In this document: positions 1-8,300 of the stretch, piece after piece | Position numbering within the stretch: position 1 is the stretch's first letter | How the letters are laid out: the number at the start of each line of letters is the position of its first letter | Source of the DNA: Candidatus Peregrinibacteria bacterium CG10_big_fil_rev_8_21_14_0_10_42_8 | GTDB taxonomy: Bacteria > Patescibacteriota > Gracilibacteria > Peribacterales > Peribacteraceae | DNA length: 40,824 bases | Reading direction: 5' to 3' | Assembly: GCA_002772815.1 (NCBI GenBank) | Contig: PFDQ01000022.1 | Span: 1 to 40,824 of the forward strand | The notes under the pieces: generated by a model | Told to the model about the DNA's origin: nothing | What the model saw: the letters and a program-made list of their open reading frames with translations, nothing else | Databases searched by the model: none | Made by a program: the position numbers and the translations under genes

Positions 1-612
1 CACACCAACACACACAAGGCTAATAATTGTACGTACCAAGATGACAGAATCTATATGACGGTGTTTTACAAATTTCTTATGAATAATGATTGTAAAAGCA
101 GAGCAAATAGATGAAAGCATAATGAGTGGCACACCAGTGCTAATAGAAAATGACATTATGTCCTCCCATAGAAGGACGCCCATTGCAGCAAGCAATATCA
201 ATCCACCTGTAAGCATTTGCATTGATAACTTCTCCTTAAGGAATATTATGGCAAACAAGACTACAAACATTGGAAGTAAACTTGTCAGGATGATAGATGT
301 CGATGCAGTCACCATAGTAAGCCCCTCAAAGAATAGTAGTGGGCCTACAACACCACCGGTGATAGATGCTATACACGTCCCTAAAATATCATCTTTTGTC
401 ATACCCCACTTTCCTCCGTGTTCCATATCTATGAGCTGATTTAACAGCATGATAATACCAATAACAAGCAGTGTAACAAAGTACATCTGTGCAGGAGTCC
501 AACCATACTGAAATATTGTCTTTGCAAAAATTGGGTTGATATTTGCGAGCACCACAGCAATAAGCATCATGGTGAGATCCATATTCCTCCGATTTTTTTT
601 GCGAAATAACAT
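1..612 (-). CDS. EamA/DMT family transporter, 3' end runs off the window
   Basis: Not in the ORF track. Manual translation from ATG at 612 gives MLFRKKNRRNMDLTMMLIAVVLANINPIFAK...GPLLFFEGLTMVTASTSIILTSLLPMFVVLFAIIFLKEKL, a typical hydrophobic EamA repeat ending in LKE. Confidence 0.85.
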   Translation of the reverse strand, partial: MLFRKKNRRNMDLTMMLIAVVLANINPIFAKTIFQYGWTPAQMYFVTLLVIGIIMLLNQLIDMEHGGKWGMTKDDILGTCIASITGGVVGPLLFFEGLTMVTASTSIILTSLLPMFVVLFAIIFLKEKLSMQMLTGGLILLAAMGVLLWEDIMSFSISTGVPLIMLSSICSAFTIIIHKKFVKHRHIDSVILVRTIISLVCVGV

Positions 613-631
613 ATACTTCAAATCATATCAT

Positions 632-663
632 AAAAAAGTCTGGCTCACCGAGGTGAACCAGAC
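632..663 (-). terminator. Rho-independent terminator
   Basis: Minus strand reads GTCTGGTTCAC-CTCG-GTGAGCCAGAC-TTTTTT: 11-bp stem with one G-U pair plus a U6 tract, 14 nt after the stop of the 678-824 ORF. Confidence 0.85.
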
Positions 664-677
664 GAATGTGTAACCTC

Positions 678-824
678 TTACTCTGTGGAGAAATCGGGTA
701 TTAACCACGTCGGCATCTCTGGTGTGCAACCTGCTGCAGTTGGCAGCAGCATTGCAAACACCCACAGCATTGCCATCGGTGTTGTCCAGACGACAGACAA
801 CAGAATGATTTTCAGCGTTTTCAT
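678..824 (-). CDS. Small hydrophobic protein (48 aa), possible lipoprotein
   Basis: MKTLKIILLSVVWTTPMAMLWVFAMLLPTAAGCTPEMPTWLIPDFSTE*; GGAGGA just upstream of the ATG, lipobox-like AAGC, followed by a terminator. Below the ORF-track size cutoff. Confidence 0.55.
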   Translation of the reverse strand: MKTLKIILLSVVWTTPMAMLWVFAMLLPTAAGCTPEMPTWLIPDFSTE

Positions 825-956
825 CGCATCCTCCATGAGAGGTTTTAAAGGTCAATATTCTAGGTCACACTCAGTCCAGAACTCGCTATATATACAGAAA
901 GCTACAATAGAAATCAAGGGTCTAAAGAGCTAGTTTGTCGCTAGTACTACCCGATT

Positions 957-985
957 TTGCATATAATCTAAAGTAGGATTAGAAT
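957..985 (+). promoter_or_regulatory. Sigma70-type promoter of the copper operon
   Basis: TTGCAT (957-962), 17-nt spacer, TAGAAT (980-985), 9 nt before ATG 995. Confidence 0.5.
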
Positions 986-994
986 ACATTAACT

Positions 995-1192
995 ATGAAA
1001 AAACTCTTACTCCTCACGCTATTTTTAGCAGCTTGTTCTACAGAAGCACCCTCTGAATATCCGGAAGATGCCACTCAAAGTGAAATTAACATGGCGACAC
1101 AGATGAATATCACTGTTGAAGAGCTTCGTGCACAGACACCAGAAGCTCATATGAAAATGATGCAAGAGATGCAGGTAAAATCTGCAAACTAG
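995..1192 (+). CDS. Small lipoprotein with Met/His-rich C-terminus, putative Cu-binding
   Basis: Signal peptide with lipobox LAAC; C-terminal EAHMKMMQEM; first gene before the multicopper oxidase. Confidence 0.7.
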   Translation: MKKLLLLTLFLAACSTEAPSEYPEDATQSEINMATQMNITVEELRAQTPEAHMKMMQEMQVKSAN

Positions 1193-1203
1193 CACAAGTG
1201 GTT

Positions 1204-2703
1204 ATGATTAAAAAATCCATTTACATTATTGGCTTTTCAGCGATCCTAGCAGGGTGTCAATCTGCCAGCTATCCCGAAGCTCTTCCTTCTGAAGTGCTTA
1301 CCGTAGCTGATGGTGACCATATTCGTATTGACCCAACCATTGTCCAAAAAACTATCAATGGAAAATCATTTACAATGTATGGATACAATGGGCAGATTCC
1401 AGGACCTATGATTAAAGCACCTCAAGGTGCCACCATTACTATTGATAGCAAAAATCATATTGACTATGAAACAACCATCCACTGGCATGGTCTTCGTCTT
1501 GATAATGAAAATGATGGTGTCCCAGATGTGACAATGGACGCTACCGCTCCTGGCGAAAGCCACACATATACAGTGACGTTCCCTGATGAAGGGATGTACT
1601 GGTATCACCCACATGTTCGTGAGGATATTCAGCAAGATATGGGTCTATACGGGAACCTCTTTGTCACACCTGACGATCCCAAGGAATACAATCCCGTTGA
1701 TAGACAAGAAGTTATTGTCCTTGATGACCTCTTTTTGAATAAAGATGGAACAAATACTCCATACGGGAAAGATCACCCAAACTATGCCCTCATGGGTCGT
1801 TTTGGAAATGTCATGCTTGTCAATGGAAATACATCGTACTCAAAGGAATTTATATCTGGTGATGTTGTTCGTTTCTATATTACAAACGTGGCAAATACGA
1901 GAACCTTTCAATTAAGCATTCCTGGGGTAAAGCTCAAGCGTGTTGGCTCTGATGTGGGACGGTACGAACGAGATGAATTTGTCGATAGCATCACTATTGC
2001 TCCTGCAGAACGCTACATTGTAGAAGCTCTGTTTACGAAAGCTGGTACATACAATTTGCTTCACAAAAGCCCTCTTGCAGAATTTTCACTCGGAACATTC
2101 ACCGTCACTAATGGTCAAAAACTAGCTTCTTTCTCAAAGGAATTTAATTCACTACGGATGTACGATGATGTTATTTCCGATATCGATGCATTCCGCCCAT
2201 ATTTCGATAAGCCTGTTGATAAAACTCTTCGGCTGTCTATTGATATCGATGGTGCGATGGGCATGATGCATATGGGAATGGCTGGAATGCACCATGATGA
2301 GACAGGAATAGAATGGGAAGACACAATGCCAATGATGAACACCACAATGGCAAGTGAGGACTTCCAGTGGAAACTCATTGATGAAGAAACAGGCAAAGCT
2401 AATATGGATTTCAATTGGAAATTTAAGGTGGGTGATAAGGTAAAAGTACGGATTATGAACGATGAGAACTCAGCACATCCTATGCAGCACCCCATTCACT
2501 TCCATGGCCAGCGATTCCTTGTTTTGTCTGAGGATGGAGTGCCAAAGAAAAACTTAGTGTGGAAAGATACTGTCCTTGTACCAATTGGACATGAAGTAGA
2601 GATTCTCTTTGATATTACGAACCCTGGAGACTGGATGTTCCACTGCCATATCGCAGAGCACCTTAGTAATGGTATGATGGGCATGTTTACCGTCTCTGAG
2701 TAA
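1204..2703 (+). CDS. Multicopper oxidase (CueO/CopA-like lipoprotein)
   Basis: Copper-ligand motifs HWHG, WYHPH, HPIHFHG and HCHIAEHxxxGM; lipobox LAGC; Met/His-rich insert MGMMHMGMAGMHH. ATG 1204 preferred over GTG 1198. Confidence 0.95.
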   Translation: MIKKSIYIIGFSAILAGCQSASYPEALPSEVLTVADGDHIRIDPTIVQKTINGKSFTMYGYNGQIPGPMIKAPQGATITIDSKNHIDYETTIHWHGLRLDNENDGVPDVTMDATAPGESHTYTVTFPDEGMYWYHPHVREDIQQDMGLYGNLFVTPDDPKEYNPVDRQEVIVLDDLFLNKDGTNTPYGKDHPNYALMGRFGNVMLVNGNTSYSKEFISGDVVRFYITNVANTRTFQLSIPGVKLKRVGSDVGRYERDEFVDSITIAPAERYIVEALFTKAGTYNLLHKSPLAEFSLGTFTVTNGQKLASFSKEFNSLRMYDDVISDIDAFRPYFDKPVDKTLRLSIDIDGAMGMMHMGMAGMHHDETGIEWEDTMPMMNTTMASEDFQWKLIDEETGKANMDFNWKFKVGDKVKVRIMNDENSAHPMQHPIHFHGQRFLVLSEDGVPKKNLVWKDTVLVPIGHEVEILFDITNPGDWMFHCHIAEHLSNGMMGMFTVSE

Positions 2704-3776
2704 TGGATCATAATCACCACAATCATAACGGCACAGAAAAGTCTGATGAAAAGTTATGCTGCGCTCCAAAGCATAAAAAGCGAGACTGGCTGCTTCTGCT
2801 TTCCACTGCAATCATTGTTGTATCGTATATGATAAGTCTCCTTCATATTTCAGCATTACCACCTGAATTTGCGACATTTAATGAAAGCATTGTGTCGCTT
2901 ATTAACAAAATGTGGTGGGGAATTCTTCTTGGTATATTTTTTGTTGGGTTTATGGATCGTATTCCACAAGACCTTATCCTCACTGCTCTTGGAAAGGGTG
3001 GTTCATTTAGTGGATTACTTCGTGCAACAGCTGGTGGCGTACTGCTTGACCTTTGTAGTCATGGCATACTCCTTGTTGGCATGAAGCTGTACCAACGAGG
3101 TGCCAGTCTTGGTCAGGTCATGGCATTTCTTATTGCAAGCCCGTGGAACTCAATCTCCCTTACTCTTATATTGCTAGCACTTATTGGCCTAAAGTGGACG
3201 ATTGCATTCATGCTCTTTTCCATTGTCATTGCGCTCATTTCTGGTGTTATTTTTGACACTCTTGTAAAAAAAGGTGTTCTTCCAAGTAATCCAAATACAA
3301 AGGATGTTGCTGAATGTTTCCGTTTTTGGCCATCTCTTAAGACAACAATACGCAATGGCAACTACACACCAATGAGCATTTTTCTTACTATTAAAGATGG
3401 ACTGCTTGGATCAACAATGATTCTCCGTTGGATCTTCTTTGGTACTGTGCTCGCAGCTCTGCTTCAAACATTTATTTCTACAGATAACTTCCAGACATTC
3501 TTCGGACCTACAATTGGAGGGCTCGGTTTAACACTTCTTATTGCTACTATTGTAGAGGTATGCTCTGAAGGTTCTGTTCCTGTTGCAGCAGATCTCCTTA
3601 CTCGTGCAGCAGCACCTGGAAATGCATTTGCGTTCCTTATGACTGGTGTTGCTACTGACTACACGGAAATTCTATCGCTAAAGGAGACGACACAATCTTG
3701 GAAGATCAGCCTTTTTCTACCACTTATCACTGTTCCTCAGGTAATTCTGATAGCGATGATAATAAATGGCTTATAG
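2703..3776 (+). CDS. DUF318/ArsP-like permease with His-rich N-terminus
   Basis: Multi-TM protein; MDHNHHNH start; duplicated motifs DLCSHG and EVCSEG; FLIASP; 1-nt overlap with the oxidase stop. Confidence 0.85.
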   Translation: MDHNHHNHNGTEKSDEKLCCAPKHKKRDWLLLLSTAIIVVSYMISLLHISALPPEFATFNESIVSLINKMWWGILLGIFFVGFMDRIPQDLILTALGKGGSFSGLLRATAGGVLLDLCSHGILLVGMKLYQRGASLGQVMAFLIASPWNSISLTLILLALIGLKWTIAFMLFSIVIALISGVIFDTLVKKGVLPSNPNTKDVAECFRFWPSLKTTIRNGNYTPMSIFLTIKDGLLGSTMILRWIFFGTVLAALLQTFISTDNFQTFFGPTIGGLGLTLLIATIVEVCSEGSVPVAADLLTRAAAPGNAFAFLMTGVATDYTEILSLKETTQSWKISLFLPLITVPQVILIAMIINGL

Positions 3777-6185
3777 ACCTAAACCCTGCTTTGTCACAAC
3801 AACAGTGTCACCTCTTTTGATGTCTCCTGTCAGGAACTGATCTGCAACATATGTTTCTAATGTGTCTGTAATCGCTCTCTTCATTTCACGTGCTCCAAAC
3901 TCAGGGCTATACCCTTTGTCTGCAATGGCAGCGACCGCATCATCTTCGACTTGAATCGCAATCCCCTTCTCCTCAAGAATATTCTTAATAACAAATTTCA
4001 CCATCAACGATGCGACCTTAACGGTCTCATCTTTTGTAAGAGGGTAGTACAAAATTACATCATCGAATCGGTTAAGGAACTCTGGACTGTAGCTACCAGT
4101 TTTTATGAGTTCGTCGAGTAGCAACTTTTTAAATGCTGATTTATCCGCATCTTTCTTCTCTTTTATAAGCGTTGAAATAAACTGTGCACCTGCATTGCTC
4201 GTCGCAATGATAATGGTATTACGGAAGTTCGTCTTCACGCCTTGTCCATCGATAAGATGTCCTTCATCAAGGATCTGCAAAAAGAGGTTTAGTACCTTCT
4301 TATCTGCCTTTTCTATTTCATCAAGAAGGATAAGTGAAAATGGCTTATCTTGCACTTGGCGTGTAAGGAAACCCTCTGATGGGTAACGAGGATCTGTCGA
4401 TCCAATAATTGCATTCACAGAATCCTCATTGCTGTACTCATTCATATCAAGTCGGATCATTGCATCTGCTTTACCAAAGTACGCTTTTGCAAGCGCCTTT
4501 GCAGTCTGTGTTTTTCCAACTCCTGTAGGCCCTAAGAATAGAAATGTACCGATGGGCTTATCCTTTGTTGATATATCGACACCTGCACGTTTCAAAGCAT
4601 TGGATACAGCAGTTATTGCATGATGCTGGCCAACAATCATTTCTTGCATTGATGACTCTAAGTTTTGTAGTGCCTCTCTCTGAGTATTGCTTTCCTTTGA
4701 GATATCCATCTTTGCACGAACAGAAACCATCTCTCGTACGATTTCCTCTGTCACATATGCACTCTTGTTTGTTTTAGCATAGGAGACAGTGTCATGTAAC
4801 AAGTCTATTGCCTTTCCTGGAAATGACCCTTTTTGAATGTAGCGATCTGCAAGTTCTACAATTGCCTTTAGTGCTTTGTAGGTAACATGTGCTTTCTCTT
4901 TATCCTGTATACTAAAATATTCCTCCATTAAGACAGGCATGGTATCTGGTGCGGATGTTGGCTCTAGTGTTATTTTTTCAAACTGAGCATCTAGAGCAGA
5001 ATCAATTTTAATACGAGAGTGATAATCTCTTGTATTGGCGATTCCAATAATGTTGATTTTTGGAGACTGTAAAAACTTTCCAAGGACTCCGCGTACAGCA
5101 GCATCACCGGACTCTATGAAAAGACCAAGGTTTTGAATAATCAAAATGTATCTCCCCTGCTTTTCCGCTCTTTTGAGAGCAGAAAGCATAAACTTATCTG
5201 GGTCCTTTGCACCAGAAAGAAGATCCTCTGCCTGCAAGACGAGCACATGGGTATACTGATATCCATTTTTAGATTCAGCGAGTCTAAGTTGATATGCAAT
5301 ATTCTTGATGAATGATTCCTTTCCAGAGCCCTCATCTCCAGTAACAATAATATTATGCTGACTTTTTCGCTCAAGAATTTGGAGTGCATCTTTAATCTTA
5401 TCTAGGTGAATCGTCACTTTCTTTTTTCCTTGATACAAAATATTTTGTGAGAGGTCCTTCGTAATTGTGTCGAGGTCATCATTAAAACCTGTCACCCACC
5501 CTTGCCCTACTCCTGAGAATATTCGCACAAGGCCTCCTGGGCTCCACCACTTATCGTGACGCCATACTGCTGAGTGGTACTGTTCCCATTTAACAATCAT
5601 TTCAAGATCCGAAAGCGACATACCAAGAGAATTTAGTAGGTCTTCCATAACACCTTTTCTTTGAAAGAGTGTAAATATTAGGATTCCTGCATCAATGCGC
5701 TTTGCACTGAATCGCTCCATATTTGCAGATGCTTCCCCGAGAATCAGAACAATCTTTTCATTCTCAAGCTCAGGCTTCATCAATGTAGCCAGCCTATTTT
5801 TTTCTAGTCCCATCTCATTGAGGACAAATGCTGCCCTATTCGTCCTTAATATTGCATCCATGAATTCGTAAGCTGTACGCGTACGAGTGGACATGTATCG
5901 CAACGCATCAAAAGTGAGAAGACATGCTGCATTATTTTTTGAAAGTGGCTTACGATCATTATTTTCAAGCATATCCGCAATAAATGTCTGAATGATAATT
6001 CCTGTAAATACCAAGACAAATACTGCAACTGCAATATGTGTAATATTTTGATCTCTTATCTCCTGCATGAGCACTGGTAACGAGACAAGTATTACTGCAA
6101 TCAGAGCGAGTGGTCCTCCAATAAAACGACGTAGTATCCGTGCTGTAAACGCTCGTGTTGCCGTTGGATCAAAGTGAACGTACAT
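3771..6185 (-). CDS. Membrane-anchored ClpA/ClpB-like AAA+ ATPase
   Basis: Two N-terminal hydrophobic segments; NBD2 intact (GPTGVGKT, IRLDMNEY, LLDEIEKA, PEFLNRFD, FGAREMKR); NBD1 degenerate (GDEGSGKE, Walker B ILIIQN). Confidence 0.88.
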   Translation of the reverse strand: MYVHFDPTATRAFTARILRRFIGGPLALIAVILVSLPVLMQEIRDQNITHIAVAVFVLVFTGIIIQTFIADMLENNDRKPLSKNNAACLLTFDALRYMSTRTRTAYEFMDAILRTNRAAFVLNEMGLEKNRLATLMKPELENEKIVLILGEASANMERFSAKRIDAGILIFTLFQRKGVMEDLLNSLGMSLSDLEMIVKWEQYHSAVWRHDKWWSPGGLVRIFSGVGQGWVTGFNDDLDTITKDLSQNILYQGKKKVTIHLDKIKDALQILERKSQHNIIVTGDEGSGKESFIKNIAYQLRLAESKNGYQYTHVLVLQAEDLLSGAKDPDKFMLSALKRAEKQGRYILIIQNLGLFIESGDAAVRGVLGKFLQSPKINIIGIANTRDYHSRIKIDSALDAQFEKITLEPTSAPDTMPVLMEEYFSIQDKEKAHVTYKALKAIVELADRYIQKGSFPGKAIDLLHDTVSYAKTNKSAYVTEEIVREMVSVRAKMDISKESNTQREALQNLESSMQEMIVGQHHAITAVSNALKRAGVDISTKDKPIGTFLFLGPTGVGKTQTAKALAKAYFGKADAMIRLDMNEYSNEDSVNAIIGSTDPRYPSEGFLTRQVQDKPFSLILLDEIEKADKKVLNLFLQILDEGHLIDGQGVKTNFRNTIIIATSNAGAQFISTLIKEKKDADKSAFKKLLLDELIKTGSYSPEFLNRFDDVILYYPLTKDETVKVASLMVKFVIKNILEEKGIAIQVEDDAVAAIADKGYSPEFGAREMKRAITDTLETYVADQFLTGDIKRGDTVVVTKQGLGL

Positions 6186-6608
6186 CTACAGCAATGCAGT
6201 AAAGAGATACGAAAGACACACCCAAAACAGCAGTGGGAAGACAAGCCACAACATATAAAACGTAGCAAATGCTATAAGAAGCACTACGATAATAGTAATG
6301 CCGATGAATAGTGTGACAATACGGAATAAAAAGCCAATCGTTCGACTTACGAGATTTAGTGTAAATGCCTCTGCTATCGCACTAATGTTGAGACCATTTT
6401 TAGGGTACCTGTCTTTTATTTGCCTCCAAGGAGAAAACAATGTGCGAACTAAAAATACAAAAGAGAAGATTTCAACAAACGCTCTGAGGTAATCGAAGAA
6501 TTTTTTCAAAATCCTTGATGGTTGCACCCAATAATACCAACGAATGAATTCTGGAATGGTAATGCCAGTGAAAATGAGTGGATGCCTAATGAGGTCTATT
6601 GGTCCCAT
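6186..6608 (-). CDS. Small membrane protein directly upstream of the Clp-like ATPase
   Basis: 140 aa with WYY, RTLFSPWR and SRTIGFLFR motifs and a hydrophobic C-terminus; its stop abuts the ATPase ATG. Confidence 0.75.
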   Translation of the reverse strand: MGPIDLIRHPLIFTGITIPEFIRWYYWVQPSRILKKFFDYLRAFVEIFSFVFLVRTLFSPWRQIKDRYPKNGLNISAIAEAFTLNLVSRTIGFLFRIVTLFIGITIIVVLLIAFATFYMLWLVFPLLFWVCLSYLFTALL

Positions 6609-6712
6609 AGAATTTATGTATGAATCATCTGATTATACCACAAATTTGGCATTTAAAAAACCCTAACTTGTCTCGTTCGCTCAATTGTCGTAAAATTGCC
6701 AAACTCCTCAAA

Positions 6713-7318
6713 ATGACTGCAAAATTCATTGTTATTGACGGCCCAGACGGAAGCGGCACAACACGTCAGAGTGAACTGCTTGCAGATCGTCTTCGTAAGG
6801 CAGGAGACACTGTTTTACTCAGTGCTGAGCCAACAAACTCATCAATTGGAAAAGAAGTGCGGGCAATGCTACATAAGGAGTCTATGCCGTCTGCTGATGC
6901 TGTTCAACTTCTGTTTTGTGCAGATAGAGCAGATCATGTTGAAAACGTCATCAAGCCTGCGCTTGCACAGGGAAATACTGTCATCCTTGATAGATATGCA
7001 CTATCAACAATTGTCTACGGAAAAGCACAAGGAGTCGATGGTCAGTGGCTTGAAACCATTAATGCAGCATTCCCAAAACCAGACCTTACCTTTATCACAC
7101 TTCCACCATTCGATGTGTGTATGGAACGCATAGGACGAAGGTCAGTTCAGGATCAATTTGAAGTAGAGAGTTTTCAACGACGTGTCTATGACTACTATAA
7201 ATCTATCGAAGATCCACGCGTTGTGTTTGTCGATACATCTGGAAGTAAACATCAAACATCTGAAATGGTTTATAACAAGTGTGCAGAATTTTTTGATAAC
7301 CCTATACTACAACCATGA
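6713..7318 (+). CDS. tmk: Thymidylate kinase
   Basis: FIVIDGPDGSGTT P-loop, AEP, LLFCADRADH, ILDRY, PDLT motifs. Start refined to ATG 6713. Confidence 0.92.
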   Translation: MTAKFIVIDGPDGSGTTRQSELLADRLRKAGDTVLLSAEPTNSSIGKEVRAMLHKESMPSADAVQLLFCADRADHVENVIKPALAQGNTVILDRYALSTIVYGKAQGVDGQWLETINAAFPKPDLTFITLPPFDVCMERIGRRSVQDQFEVESFQRRVYDYYKSIEDPRVVFVDTSGSKHQTSEMVYNKCAEFFDNPILQP

Positions 7319-8166
7319 CTCCACTTCTCCTTGATGGCAAAGTTGCATCTGCTGCACTCCTCGATTTCTTAAAACCGATGGTGGAAACACTCGACCCAAA
7401 ACTCGTTGTTATTCAAGTCGGTGACGACCCAGCAAGTAGTAGCTACATCAAACAAAAAGTTAAAAGTTGTGAAAAAGTTTCCATGAGAAGTGACCATATT
7501 CACATGCCAGAAGACACAACTATCGACACTCTTATGCAAAAAATTGACGAGCTAAATAATGATGCTGATGTCACAGGATTTTTTGTGCAGCTGCCGCTAC
7601 CAGATCAGCTTCGTGGTCACGAGCCAGAAATTATCAAAGCTATTAGTCCAATGAAAGATGTTGATGGCTTTGGTGCCTATAACCTAGGAAAAATGTTCCT
7701 CAGCAAAGAGTTTGAGCACCTTCCTCCAGCAACACCATCAGGAATTATTCGATTGCTCGAACACTTTGATATTGAAATAGCCGGAAAGCATGCGGTCGTT
7801 ATTGGTCGAAGTAACACGGTCGGAAAACCTGTAGCCATCATGTTGCTTAACCGCAATGCAACAGTTACTGTTTGCCATAGCAAAACATCTAACCTTGCAG
7901 ATATTGTGCGCCAAGCAGACATTATTATTGCTGCTGTTGGACAACCAAAAATGATTACAGCTGATATGGTGAAAGATGGTGCAGTTGTTGTCGACGTGGG
8001 TATTCACAGAACGGATGAAGGTCTCTGTGGTGACACAGATTTTGATGCACTTCTTTCGAAGGTTTCTGCCATCTCCCCTGTACCTGGAGGAGTAGGGCCT
8101 ATGACAGTTGCTAGCCTCATTCGAAACTGTGTTACTGCCAAAGAACGGCAAATGGCGCTACGATAA
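7315..8166 (+). CDS. folD: Methylenetetrahydrofolate dehydrogenase/cyclohydrolase
   Basis: YIKQK, VQLPLP, KDVDGF, GRSNTVGKP, PVPGGVGPMT motifs. Confidence 0.97.
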   Translation: MTPLLLDGKVASAALLDFLKPMVETLDPKLVVIQVGDDPASSSYIKQKVKSCEKVSMRSDHIHMPEDTTIDTLMQKIDELNNDADVTGFFVQLPLPDQLRGHEPEIIKAISPMKDVDGFGAYNLGKMFLSKEFEHLPPATPSGIIRLLEHFDIEIAGKHAVVIGRSNTVGKPVAIMLLNRNATVTVCHSKTSNLADIVRQADIIIAAVGQPKMITADMVKDGAVVVDVGIHRTDEGLCGDTDFDALLSKVSAISPVPGGVGPMTVASLIRNCVTAKERQMALR

Positions 8167-8204
8167 TGTCTTGCGAATTACAGGAATATCCCTAAAATAT
8201 CTCC

Positions 8205-8297
8205 ATGGAAAATGGGTTTTCCTCAATATTTGGCCCCACGAACAACCGTTCGTCGAGCCTACTTTGCTACAACCTCTGTACCTCAATTCTCTTCTAA
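8205..8297 (+). other. Candidate upstream ORF / structured leader of purF
   Basis: TAAAAT (8193-8198) then 6 nt then ATG; 30 codons in the purF frame ending TAA 3 nt before the purF ATG; contains hairpins GGAAAA/TTTTCC and ACGAAC/GTTCGT. Confidence 0.35.
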
Positions 8298-8300
8298 AAT

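Noticed and set aside
628..933. ORF-track 75-aa (minus) and 82-aa (plus) ORFs
   Set aside because: No motifs. The 48-aa frame fits the SD and terminator better, and the 75-aa ORF would run through the terminator.
940..990. Possible CsoR/CueR/CopY operator before the copper operon
   Set aside because: Only a weak imperfect palindrome; it does not match those consensus sites.
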